Assembly: GCF_000007145.1 (NCBI RefSeq)
Contig: NC_003902.1
Location: forward strand, 4,823,426-4,855,425
Origin: Xanthomonas campestris pv. campestris str. ATCC 33913
Lineage (GTDB): Bacteria; Pseudomonadota; Gammaproteobacteria; Xanthomonadales; Xanthomonadaceae
Length of the DNA: 32,000 nucleotides
Direction of reading: 5' to 3'
The notes beneath the pieces were generated by a model. It saw nothing but the letters and a program-made list of their open reading frames with translations, searched no databases and had not been told where the DNA came from. Below are positions 24,081-32,000 of this stretch, one piece after another (the first letter of the stretch is position 1; each line of letters begins with the position of its first letter). Made by a program: the position numbers and the translations under genes.

Positions 24081-25808
24081 ATGACCAATTCTCTTCGCCG
24101 CTTGCGGTTTCGCAGTTTGACGCTCATCCCCTGCCTGCTCGCCAGCGCAGTGGCTTTCGCCCAGTCCGGCACAACCGCCCCACCGTCGGTGTCCTCCCTG
24201 GATACCCGCGCCTTTGCAGCGTCCGGCCAGATCTGGCGTTCCTTTGGCAGCAATCTTCCGTTTGCCAGCCCCAATAATTGGCCTACCGCTGGTGGCGGTT
24301 ATTTCAACAGCCGCTTCGCGCCTGGCGAATGGAAGATCAATCGCACTACCGCCCCGACCCTCAAGCCGGCGTGGACCTTGACCACCACTGGCGACATCTC
24401 GGCGACGCCGAGCGTAGAAGGCGGCACGCTGTACGTGCCCGACTGGGGCGGCACGCTGTATAGCGTGGACACGCAGAGCGGCAAGCCGAACTGGCAGGCC
24501 AAGCTGTCCGACTACACCGGCAACGCCAACTCGGTGACGCGCAATACGCCGGCGATCAGCGGCAAGAGCATCATCGTTGGCGACCAGGCCTCCGGTACGG
24601 TGATGGCAATCGACAAGAAGACCGGCAAGTTGCTGTGGAGCAGCGTGGCCGAATCCAACCCGCAGGCACGCATCACTTCTTCGCCGGTGATCTACGGCAA
24701 CCGCATCTACGTGGGCATTTCGTCGGGTGACTGGGGCAACCTGGCCGCCAACCACACCTTCAGCTTCCGCGGCAGCGTGGTGGCACTGGATCTGAACACC
24801 GGCAAGAAGGTGTGGCAGTTCTACAACGTGCCCGAGGGCTATACCGGCGCATCGGTGTGGGGCCAGGTGGCAATCGATCCGATCAGCCGCCGCCTGTATT
24901 TCGGCACCGGCAACAACTACAACATCCCCGCTGGCGTGGGCAACTGCGTCTCCAATGCGCGGTCCTACCGCGGCAGCGAACTCACCGTGCAGGATGAGTT
25001 GAACTGCATGGCGCCGGACAACTACGTCGACTCGGTGGTCGCCTTGAACCTGGACACCGGCAAGCTGGCCTGGGCCGACCGCGCGCAGGGCTACGACGCC
25101 TGGAACCTGTCCTGCATCGTGGCGCCCACCAATGGGCTGTGCCCGAACACGCAGGCCACCAACCTGACCGGTCCTGACTACGACTTCGGCGGCGCCGGCG
25201 TACAGCTGTTCACCGTCTGGCGCGACGGCAAGCCGCAGCAGTTGGTCGGCGCCGGCCAGAAGAGCGGCATTTACTGGGCCTTCGACGCCAGGACTGGCGC
25301 CAAGGTGTGGTCCACGCAGGTGGGCCCGGGCGGCACCACCGGCGGCGTCGAGTGGGGCACCGCGTTCGACCCGTACAAGTCGCAGGTCTATGTGGCCATC
25401 AATAACAGCTCCAACGCCACCTATACCCTGGGGCCGGACAACACCGTCAGCCACAACGGCGGCTCGTGGGCAGCGCTGGATGCGGCCACCGGCAAGATCA
25501 AGTGGCAGGTCAAGGTGCCCGGCGTAAACAGCGTCAACCCGAACGTGCCGGCCGGTGGTCAGGGCTCGCTGACCGTGTCGCCGAACCTGCTGTACGCCGG
25601 TTCGATGGCCGGCAACATGGTCGCCCTGGATACCGACACCGGCGCCACATTGTGGAACTACAACGCCACCGGTTCGGTGATCAGCTCGCCGGCAGTGGTC
25701 GACGGCGCGCTGTATTGGGGCGCGGGCTATGGCCGCTTCAACTTCGGCACCGCCGCCACCAGCAACCAGCTGATCAAGTTTGTGCCGGACAGCGGTGCGG
25801 CCAAGTAA
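24081..25808 (+). CDS. Secreted PQQ-like beta-propeller repeat protein (quinoprotein dehydrogenase-like; no cytochrome c motif seen)
   Basis: Signal peptide MTNSLRRLRFRSLTLIPCLLASAVAFAQ. Repeated blades of the type GTLYSVDTQSGKPNWQ, GTVMAIDKKTGKLLWS, GSVVALDLNTGKKVWQ, DSVVALNLDTGKLAWA, WAALDAATGKIKWQ and GNMVALDTDTGATLWN are present. No CxxCH was found. The start is ATG 24081 or GTG 24078. Confidence 0.7.
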   Translation: MTNSLRRLRFRSLTLIPCLLASAVAFAQSGTTAPPSVSSLDTRAFAASGQIWRSFGSNLPFASPNNWPTAGGGYFNSRFAPGEWKINRTTAPTLKPAWTLTTTGDISATPSVEGGTLYVPDWGGTLYSVDTQSGKPNWQAKLSDYTGNANSVTRNTPAISGKSIIVGDQASGTVMAIDKKTGKLLWSSVAESNPQARITSSPVIYGNRIYVGISSGDWGNLAANHTFSFRGSVVALDLNTGKKVWQFYNVPEGYTGASVWGQVAIDPISRRLYFGTGNNYNIPAGVGNCVSNARSYRGSELTVQDELNCMAPDNYVDSVVALNLDTGKLAWADRAQGYDAWNLSCIVAPTNGLCPNTQATNLTGPDYDFGGAGVQLFTVWRDGKPQQLVGAGQKSGIYWAFDARTGAKVWSTQVGPGGTTGGVEWGTAFDPYKSQVYVAINNSSNATYTLGPDNTVSHNGGSWAALDAATGKIKWQVKVPGVNSVNPNVPAGGQGSLTVSPNLLYAGSMAGNMVALDTDTGATLWNYNATGSVISSPAVVDGALYWGAGYGRFNFGTAATSNQLIKFVPDSGAAK

Positions 25809-25856
25809 TCGGCTAGCACGTGCGCTGCGTTGAATGACGCGTAGTGACAGCAAAAC

Positions 25857-25884
25857 AACGACGCCACCTTCGGGTGGCGTCGTT
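25857..25884. terminator. Perfect 12-bp stem hairpin between convergent genes (candidate bidirectional terminator)
   Basis: AACGACGCCACC (25857-25868), TTCG loop, GGTGGCGTCGTT (25873-25884). It is followed by GTGTGTG on the + strand and preceded by CAAAA (UUUUG on the - strand). Confidence 0.6.
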
Positions 25885-25990
25885 GTGTGTGGCGCCGAGA
25901 GACGGGCCGTATCCGATGCGCGTGTGCACATGATCGGCGCCCTCGTTGCTGCACGTCCCACACCGGCCTTGCTTCGAGCGCGAGCACGCC

Positions 25991-26218
25991 CTACAGCCGC
26001 GTGACCTGGCATAAGCGGATCTGCCCCGCTTCCAGCCCATGCGCTTCGGCCGCGCGACGGCGCAACGCGCACACCAGTTCTGCGGCATCGAGCACACCAT
26101 CGGCAGGCACTTCCACGCTGTAGGCCAGTTGCCCCCACAGCACCGGCCGACCATCGCAATAGCCTTCGTAGTCGGCGAAGTAATGCAGCAGCTGCCGCTC
26201 AGGTGCCAACGTGGACAT
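25991..26218 (-). CDS. Small hypothetical protein (75 aa), third gene of the AroQ-like operon
   Basis: Internal ATG at 26218 of track ORF 25991..26377; the longer form overlaps the upstream gene by ~180 nt and is Arg/Trp-rich junk. MSTLAPERQLLHYFADYEGYCDGRPVLWGQLAYSVEVPADGVLDAAELVCALRRRAAEAHGLEAGQIRLCQVTRL has protein-like composition but no family I recognise. It overlaps the upstream gene by 20 nt. Confidence 0.5.
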   Translation of the reverse strand: MSTLAPERQLLHYFADYEGYCDGRPVLWGQLAYSVEVPADGVLDAAELVCALRRRAAEAHGLEAGQIRLCQVTRL

Positions 26219-26648
26219 CGCCCTGAATCTCCGTGCAGCCCAGATGTTCCAGCGCGATCTCCAGCCCAAGCAAATAACTCTGCGCGCAATAGCCACGCAC
26301 GATGGCCACCCGCTGGCCCAGCCCGGCGGGCAAACAACGCTCCGGCCGGTCCGTGCTGTCGTCGTGGGCTTCCACATACGGATACGCCAGCCCGGCGAGC
26401 ACGCGGTGCAGCCGCACGCTGTCCACGCAGCTGCCCGGATCGATCAGCGCGATCTCCATGCGCGCCTGCCCGGCCACGCGTAAGGCATCCAGCAACTCCT
26501 GCTCCGACCCACAGGCGCGCAGCGCCACCGTCTTGCCCGCATCCCTGGCGCAGCGCACCAACTGGGTGATCACCGCACGCGGCAATGCCTGCGGCCCACG
26601 CACCAGCGACGATGCCGCTTCCGGCCCACGCAGAATCATGATCGACAT
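26199..26648 (-). CDS. Type II 3-dehydroquinate dehydratase (AroQ)-like protein B, probably non-catalytic
   Basis: 149 aa. MSIMILRGPEAA.., CGSEQELLDAL, IALIDPGSCVDSVRLHRVL, PYVEAHDDS and VAIVRGYCAQSYLLGLEIALEHLG line up by eye with AroQ hallmarks (I.VL.GPNLN, SN.EGE.ID, I.NP.A.THTS.A.RDA, .IEVH.SN, G.I.G.G..GY..AL..L). The lid R..P..YG segment and the THTS His are missing. Confidence 0.6.
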   Translation of the reverse strand: MSIMILRGPEAASSLVRGPQALPRAVITQLVRCARDAGKTVALRACGSEQELLDALRVAGQARMEIALIDPGSCVDSVRLHRVLAGLAYPYVEAHDDSTDRPERCLPAGLGQRVAIVRGYCAQSYLLGLEIALEHLGCTEIQGDVHVGT

Positions 26649-26658
26649 GTCGGCGGCC

Positions 26659-27081
26659 TCAGGCAGCCACGCGCATCAGCGCATGCAGCGCCGGTAAACA
26701 CCGCGCTGCAATGCCGAGTGACATCGCATACGCACGCGGCGCATCGTGCGGCGTGATTACCACCGCCAGCGGCGCATGCTGCGGATGCAGCCACGGCTCC
26801 AGCTCCTGGCCGGCGTCGGCATGCAGCTCGATGTACGGCGTGGGCAAGGCATCTACTGCCGCACGCAAGGCCGTCGCACACGTCCGCTCGTGCAGCGGCA
26901 GATCGCCGGAATCCAGCAGCACCAGTTCCACATCGGAATCGCCACCGGCTGCCTGCAGCCCGGCGATCAAGCTCGCAAGGTCAGCACACGCCAGCGTGCG
27001 CAGGTCACGCCCGGCACACAGCGGCAGCGGCGCCACCGGTATCGCATCGGACTGCGGGCCACGCAAAATCAGGATACACAT
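26659..27081 (-). CDS. Type II 3-dehydroquinate dehydratase (AroQ)-like protein A, more diverged paralogue, probably non-catalytic
   Basis: 140 aa. MCILILRGPQSD.., VELVLLDSGD..., TPYIELHADAG, LAVVITPHDAPRAYAMSLGIAA. It shares the same spacing of motifs as protein B. The stop lies 10 nt before the start of B. Confidence 0.55.
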   Translation of the reverse strand: MCILILRGPQSDAIPVAPLPLCAGRDLRTLACADLASLIAGLQAAGGDSDVELVLLDSGDLPLHERTCATALRAAVDALPTPYIELHADAGQELEPWLHPQHAPLAVVITPHDAPRAYAMSLGIAARCLPALHALMRVAA

Positions 27082-27250
27082 CGTCTTCGACTCAACGCAC
27101 CACGGTGCGGGAGTGCCAAAGTAGGCCTGCCGGGCATAAAGGCGCTATTTGCGCCGAGGCCACAGACCATAAAAAAGGCGTAAGCGGCCAGGTAGGTAGG
27201 CGACAGACGCGCGACGATCAGTGTCGTGGGAACAGTCAACTACCCGTCAT

Positions 27251-27291
27251 CACATATGCAGCGCGATGAGATCCATCGCGCCGCATATGTG
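27251..27291 (-). terminator. Long hairpin just downstream of tamB
   Basis: CACATATGCAGCGCGATG (27251-27268) pairs with CATCGCGCCGCATATGTG (27274-27291), 17 of 18 bp, around a 5-nt loop. It begins 34 nt after the tamB stop. No U-tract follows on the minus strand. Confidence 0.4.
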
Positions 27292-27324
27292 GTCGGCAGA
27301 ACACAGCGCGCAGCAGGCGCTCGC

Positions 27325-30300
27325 CTACTTCTCACGCCGCCAATTGATCGATCCCTTGGTCTCCACCGTGCTGGATTCGGCTTCCACATCGAAGCCGCGG
27401 CTGAGCAGGTATTTGAGCGTGAGCACCGAGCCGCTGCCGACCATCGAGACGCCGTAGCCGACGTAGAGTTTGGGCGAGAGGTACTTGCCGAAGCCCACGA
27501 CCGAGCCGACGGTGCTGGATTCGCTCACGCCGGCTTCGTCCAGGCCGAGCTTGGCGCCGATCTGCGAGGCGATCAGGCTGCTGCCGGCCGAGAGCGCGGC
27601 CGAGGCGGCGCTGACCTGCTGGGTTTCATCGCTGCTGGCGGTGGACAGGCCGCGGCCGAGCACCAGGTACGACAGCGCTTCGGATTGCGACATTGCCGGC
27701 TCCGACCACACATCCGCACGCGGCGATTCGGCGCGTCCGCTGACGTCGATGCCGGCGGTGACGTCGCCGATCTTGCGTTCGGCGCGCAGGCTCACGCGCG
27801 GGTCGGAGACGATGTTGTTGTTCCAGGTCAGCTGGCCGCGGCTGATGGTCAGATCCTGGCCATAAGCCTTGTAGCGGCCGCGCACGTCCAGCCCGCCATT
27901 GGCGGTCATTTCGCGGCCCGGGCGCGCGCGGATCTGCATCTGCCCGCTTAGCCCGCCTTTCAGGCCGAAACCGCTCATGTTGACCTTGTCGCCGAGCACG
28001 ATGGCCAGGTCCATATCCAACGGCGAGGCGGGTGCGGCTTCCGGGTCCACCGGGTCCAGCACCACCACGTCTTCGGACACCGAGGTGCCGCGGTCGAGCC
28101 GTTCCAGATCGATGTCGGCCTCGGGCACGGTGACCTTGCCGCGCAGCTGCATGGTGGTGTCGACGATGCCGAACTGCATGTCCGGGTTGGCGACGATGCG
28201 CAACTCGCTGGTGTTGTAGGCCAGCACGTTTTCACCGCGGATATTGAGCAGCAGCGGCGTACTGGTGCCGAACCACGACAGCCCGCCATCGATGTTGAGC
28301 GTGCCGTCACCGGACTTGGCCGAGGCGGTGATCTTGGCCGAGCCATCCGGCAGCGCGTCGAAGCGGCCCTTGCCTTCGCTCAGGGTCAGGCCCATCGACG
28401 GGTATTCGGCGGTGAAATCGCTCAAGGTCGCATCGCCGCCGAGCAGCGGTTTGTCGCGCGTGCCGCGCAGGCTCACGTGGCCTTCGACCAGCCCCTTGGG
28501 CCGCACCACATCGGCCACCACCAGCTCCAGCCAATACAGCCGCGACATGTTGAGATACAGCTCGCCGTTGAGCGGCGCATACGCATCCCAGCCGGTGTTG
28601 AACTTGGCATCCACAAAGCCATTGCCCTGGAAGCCCACGCCGAGCTTGCCCTGGATCTGTTGCGGGGTGAAATCGGCCTGCACGCTGAACTGGTCGTAGC
28701 GCAGCAACTCGCCACGATTGGGATTGCCGGCCACCGCCGCGTAGCGGTTCTCGCCCAGGCGCACGCCGCCTTCTGGCGAAGCGATGCGGAACGAGCCTTC
28801 CCAGGCATTGCCGCGTGGCTTGAAGCTGCCGTCCAGGCTGAGGTCACCGCGTAGATAGATCTGCCGGCCTTCCTGCTTGGGCAGCCACGGCTGCACCAGC
28901 GACAGCGGCAACGCGCCGCCATGCACCACCATGCCCTCGCGCGGCCAGTTGGCGCTGGCGCACAGCGCACCGCCGGTGGCTGCGCCGAGGCAGGTGTCCG
29001 ACAGAGTGAAGGCAGCGCCCTCGGTGCTGAACTGCGCCGGCTGGCGCAGCGCCCAAGCATCGCCCTTGGCCGGCACGATGCGCAGCGTGCTCACCTGCCC
29101 CTGCCAGCGCGCGCCGTTGCGGCGCACGTCGCCCTGCAGCGCGACGCTGGCCATGCTGTTGGCGATGTCCGCATCCAGCCGCAGCGCTTCCACCGCACCG
29201 CGTGCCTGCACGCGCACGCTATCCAGCACCACGCCCGCTTCGATGGCGGTGCCCTGCAAGGCCAACTGCCCGTCGCTGCCGCTCCATGGCAGGCGCCCGC
29301 GCAGGCTCACGCTCTGCGCGCTGTAGTCGTTCCAGCGCAGGCCAGTGCCGGCCAGGTCGGCGGTGACAGTCGGCGCGTCGCGGCGGCCGTTGACCTGCAA
29401 CTGCCCACGCACGGTGCCGGTGGCGCCGGGTAACAGGTCGTCCAGCTGCAGCGGCTGTAATTGCGCGGCGATGTCGAGCTGGTCGCCCACGGTGCCCTTG
29501 GCGTCGATGCGGCTGCTGCCCAGTGCCAGCTGCAGCTGACCTTCGCCCTGCGTGCCGCGCAAGGCGAACTTGCCATTGGCCGACAGCGCGCGTTGGCGCA
29601 ACTGCCCGGTCAGGGTTGGGATGTCGGCGGTGGCCTCGTAGCCCGGCGAGACGCCCCCGGCCGGTGCCGGCAACTGGCGGCCCTTGGAGGCGACCTGGCC
29701 GGACAGATTGCCGTTCCAGCCCGGCACGAAATAGCCCGGGTCGAACTTGGCCAGCTGCGCGGTGAGGTCCCACTGCAGTGCGGGCGCCCAGGCCACCTCG
29801 CCGGTGAGATCCAGCGAACCGCCCGGGGTCTTGGCCTGCACCTGCTTGAGCTGGGCACGCTGGTCGTTGCCGCGGCTGTCGAACACCAGTTCGGCCTGCT
29901 GGCCATCGCGCTGCACGGTGGCCCGCCCGATGGCGGCCCAGGCCTTGAGCGTCCCGGCCAGGCCCAGGCGCGCGTCGGTGAGTTCCACCGGCACCGCCGG
30001 CGCATCCGGAGTGGCGGGGTCCGCAGCTGGCGTGAAGCGCAGGCCGCTGGCATTGACCGAAAACCGGAAGCTGGCGTTGTCGGCATCTCGGAAATCGGCG
30101 CTGCCGCGTAGCTGGGTGCGGCCTTCGAACGCATCGATGATCAACGGCTCCACCGTGAGCACCTGGTCTTGCAGGCTCACGTGCGAGGGCTGCAAGGTGG
30201 CACTCAACTCGCCTTGTTTGACGCTGCCACGCAAGTCGGCCTTGCCGCCCTTGCCCGAGGCCTGCAGGTCCAGCGCGATGGGCGTGGCCGGCGGGGTCTC

Positions 30301-31182
30301 CTGCCCGGCGGGCGCCGGTATCAGCAGCGAGGTATCCAGAGCCTCGGTCACCGCATTGAAGGCCCAGGTCGGGTCGTCGCGGCCGGTGAACACCAGGCTG
30401 GCGCGTAGCGGCGCCGGCGCACGCCCGGCGATCGCCACTTCCATCTTGTCCAGGTCACCGCGTGCCACCAGGCCCAGGCTGGCCGGCGTGCGCCCACGTG
30501 CGGCCGGCAACACCGCGGTGGCGGTGAGGTCGGCGCGGTACTCGTCACTGGGCACGTAATCGCCGTTGAGGCGGAAGTCGCCCATGTCGGTATCGACCAC
30601 CAGATTGCGCGTGCGTAATTCGCCGGTGGCCACTTCCAGGCCGCCCTGTACGCGGTGCAGGGTGATCATTGGCTGTTGCAGCTGGGTGATACGCAGGTTG
30701 TCCACGCCGATGTGGTCGGCCTGGATCGCCAGCGGCACATTGATCTGCGGCAGCGACTCCGGCCAGCTCGGCAGGGTGAAGGGCTCGTCGCTCTTGCCCA
30801 GGTTCAACGTGGCATTGCTGACCTGCACCGCGTCCAGTTGCAGCTTGCGGCCCAGCAGCGGGCGCAGGTCGGGTTCCAGGTACACGCGCTCGGCGGTGAA
30901 GTGGATGTCCTGATACCTGAAGTCGACATTGCGCAGGGTCAGCGGGCCGGCCACCGGGCCTTCGACGCTGCCGTAGGTGAAGCTGGCACCCACCGGCAGG
31001 CGCGCGGTGACCTGGGCCAGCAACACATCGCGCCCGGCCACGGTCTGCAGCAACCAGTACAACGCGATCAATGCCAGCAGGCCCAGGCCGAGCACGGTCA
31101 GGCCGGAACCCACCCAGAACCGGCGGCGCCGGTAGAAGCGCGGGCGCGGCGCGGGGCTGGTGGGGGGCGTTGTTGTATTCAC
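27325..31182 (-). CDS. tamB: Translocation and assembly module inner-membrane subunit TamB (DUF490 family)
   Basis: 1285 aa. It has an N-terminal anchor RRRRFWVGSGLTVLGLGLLALIALYWLL, a long beta-rich Gly/Ser/Thr/Asp repetitive body, and a C-terminal DUF490-type end, FGKYLSPKLYVGYGVSMVGSGSVLTLKYLLSRGFDVEAESS. I place the start at GTG 31182, which overlaps the tamA stop as GTGA (31182-31179). The track start at 31281 lies inside tamA. Confidence 0.85.
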   Translation of the reverse strand: MNTTTPPTSPAPRPRFYRRRRFWVGSGLTVLGLGLLALIALYWLLQTVAGRDVLLAQVTARLPVGASFTYGSVEGPVAGPLTLRNVDFRYQDIHFTAERVYLEPDLRPLLGRKLQLDAVQVSNATLNLGKSDEPFTLPSWPESLPQINVPLAIQADHIGVDNLRITQLQQPMITLHRVQGGLEVATGELRTRNLVVDTDMGDFRLNGDYVPSDEYRADLTATAVLPAARGRTPASLGLVARGDLDKMEVAIAGRAPAPLRASLVFTGRDDPTWAFNAVTEALDTSLLIPAPAGQETPPATPIALDLQASGKGGKADLRGSVKQGELSATLQPSHVSLQDQVLTVEPLIIDAFEGRTQLRGSADFRDADNASFRFSVNASGLRFTPAADPATPDAPAVPVELTDARLGLAGTLKAWAAIGRATVQRDGQQAELVFDSRGNDQRAQLKQVQAKTPGGSLDLTGEVAWAPALQWDLTAQLAKFDPGYFVPGWNGNLSGQVASKGRQLPAPAGGVSPGYEATADIPTLTGQLRQRALSANGKFALRGTQGEGQLQLALGSSRIDAKGTVGDQLDIAAQLQPLQLDDLLPGATGTVRGQLQVNGRRDAPTVTADLAGTGLRWNDYSAQSVSLRGRLPWSGSDGQLALQGTAIEAGVVLDSVRVQARGAVEALRLDADIANSMASVALQGDVRRNGARWQGQVSTLRIVPAKGDAWALRQPAQFSTEGAAFTLSDTCLGAATGGALCASANWPREGMVVHGGALPLSLVQPWLPKQEGRQIYLRGDLSLDGSFKPRGNAWEGSFRIASPEGGVRLGENRYAAVAGNPNRGELLRYDQFSVQADFTPQQIQGKLGVGFQGNGFVDAKFNTGWDAYAPLNGELYLNMSRLYWLELVVADVVRPKGLVEGHVSLRGTRDKPLLGGDATLSDFTAEYPSMGLTLSEGKGRFDALPDGSAKITASAKSGDGTLNIDGGLSWFGTSTPLLLNIRGENVLAYNTSELRIVANPDMQFGIVDTTMQLRGKVTVPEADIDLERLDRGTSVSEDVVVLDPVDPEAAPASPLDMDLAIVLGDKVNMSGFGLKGGLSGQMQIRARPGREMTANGGLDVRGRYKAYGQDLTISRGQLTWNNNIVSDPRVSLRAERKIGDVTAGIDVSGRAESPRADVWSEPAMSQSEALSYLVLGRGLSTASSDETQQVSAASAALSAGSSLIASQIGAKLGLDEAGVSESSTVGSVVGFGKYLSPKLYVGYGVSMVGSGSVLTLKYLLSRGFDVEAESSTVETKGSINWRREK

Positions 31183-32000
31183 AGGTTCGCCCCGATGTCG
31201 ATGTAGAGCTGGAACTGCGAATCGGGGTCGTTCAAGCCGTGCGCAATATCCACCCGCACTGGCCCCACCGGCGAGCGCCAACGCAAGCCGAAGCCAATGC
31301 CGGTGCGCCAGTCCGGGGTGTCATCGAAGGCACTGCCGCTATCGACGAACACCGCCCCGCCCCACGGCCCGCCCTTGAGGTAATGCTCGTATTCGGCGCT
31401 GGCGGTGACCACGTTCTTGGCACCCAGCGCGAATTCGTCCGGCTTGGGCGTGCGCGGGCCCACTTCGCGGAATGCATAGCCGCGGATGCTGTTTGGGCCA
31501 CCGGCAAAGAACCGCAGGCTCGGCGGCATCGCCACCAGATCGCTGGTCCAGGTGGTGCCACCTTCGCCACGCAGGATCACCCGCCCATTGTCGCCGGCGC
31601 CCAGGAACCACCGTAGCTGGCCGTAGAGCTGACCGAAATTGGTGTCCGACCCGGCGCCCTCGGCGCCGCCGCGGATGAACATCTGCCCGGACACGCCGCT
31701 GCGCGGGAACAGCCGGTCATCGACGTTGACGTAGTTGGCCTGCAGCTGCGGATAGATCAGCGTGGAGGTCTCGTACACGGCATCGGTGAAATCGCTGCCA
31801 CTGCTGAAACGCCAACGCTCGCGCAAGGCGTTGATCGAGGCGATCGCACTCCAGCGCTCGTTGATCTGGCCACTGCGGCTGCCGGTGAGTTTGACGTTGC
31901 GCAGGTCGATGTATTCGGTCTGCTCGTCGTACAGGCGCGCCGAGGCGGTGTACCAACCATCCAGCCAGCGGAACGCCGGCACCCGGTAGCTGGTGGTCAG
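31179..32000 (-). CDS. tamA: Omp85-family outer-membrane protein TamA, C-terminal beta-barrel part (gene continues past the right window edge)
   Basis: The frame is open to position 32000. The C-terminus ...GIGFGLRWRSPVGPVRVDIAHGLNDPDSQFQLYIDIGANL is the typical Omp85/TamA barrel end. It lies immediately upstream of, and is coupled to, tamB. Confidence 0.8.
   Translation of the reverse strand: MTTSYRVPAFRWLDGWYTASARLYDEQTEYIDLRNVKLTGSRSGQINERWSAIASINALRERWRFSSGSDFTDAVYETSTLIYPQLQANYVNVDDRLFPRSGVSGQMFIRGGAEGAGSDTNFGQLYGQLRWFLGAGDNGRVILRGEGGTTWTSDLVAMPPSLRFFAGGPNSIRGYAFREVGPRTPKPDEFALGAKNVVTASAEYEHYLKGGPWGGAVFVDSGSAFDDTPDWRTGIGFGLRWRSPVGPVRVDIAHGLNDPDSQFQLYIDIGANL

Noticed and set aside
25824-25838. 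GCTGCGTTGAATGAC downstream of the PQQ-like gene, resembling GCTGCGCGTTGAATGAC (4759-4775) in the core of the MITE-like element
   Set aside because: It is a single short match with a 2-nt indel found post hoc. My rough estimate is that chance similarity is not negligible, and the flanking sequence does not align, so this is not enough to call a second element copy.
24048-26159. 703-aa minus-strand ORF covering the PQQ-like gene and the convergent terminator
   Set aside because: It is antisense to a protein with six clear propeller-repeat motifs and a signal peptide. It also reads straight through a strong terminator hairpin, and its composition is implausible.
27095-27125. TGGCAC hexamer on the minus strand upstream of the first AroQ-like gene, considered as a sigma-54 -24 element
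   Set aside because: The sequence at the required spacing is CACC rather than the TTGC -12 element, and no enhancer-binding protein gene is nearby.

Overview
High-GC gammaproteobacterial chromosome segment. Gene content, gene order and the GTAGGAGCGCGC-type palindromic repeats strongly resemble Xanthomonas, but this is inference because no search was run. I can support 21 protein genes, two of them truncated at the window edges. Left to right they are: (1) the 5' part of a Tat-secreted GH43 glycosidase. (2) A complete non-phosphorylative L-fucose catabolic locus: aldo-keto reductase, lactonase, SDR, FAH-family hydrolase and L-fuconate dehydratase on the + strand; fucP plus a RhaM-type mutarotase on the - strand; and a divergent IclR regulator. 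(3) A polytopic-membrane AraC-family regulator and a secreted S41 peptidase. (4) A yybP-ykoY Mn2+ riboswitch followed by mntP. (5) A 1147-aa solute-symporter-fused hybrid histidine kinase, bracketed by repeat DNA. (6) A probable cellobionate utilisation locus: GH94 phosphorylase, GPH transporter and a divergent gluconokinase. (7) A secreted PQQ-like beta-propeller protein. (8) An unannotatable three-gene operon: two tandem, apparently catalytically degenerate type II dehydroquinase (AroQ)-like proteins plus a 75-aa protein. (9) tamB and the 3' part of tamA. Most long ORFs in the supplied track are antisense or out-of-frame artefacts of the high GC content, and many true starts lie internal to the track ORFs. 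The noncoding DNA is unusually rich and includes: a MITE-like inverted-repeat element inside the fucose operon; a roughly 1-kb structured repeat region between convergent genes; a 4 x ~230-bp tandem array that copies the kinase 3' end; a 9-copy heptanucleotide repeat upstream of the kinase; and a perfectly centred 12-bp inverted repeat in the fucP/iclR divergent promoter region. No CRISPR array, tRNA, rRNA, transposase or recognisable defence or toxin system was seen. The AroQ-like trio at 25991-27081 is my best candidate for something undescribed, but its family assignment rests only on motif recall and needs profile or structure searches.
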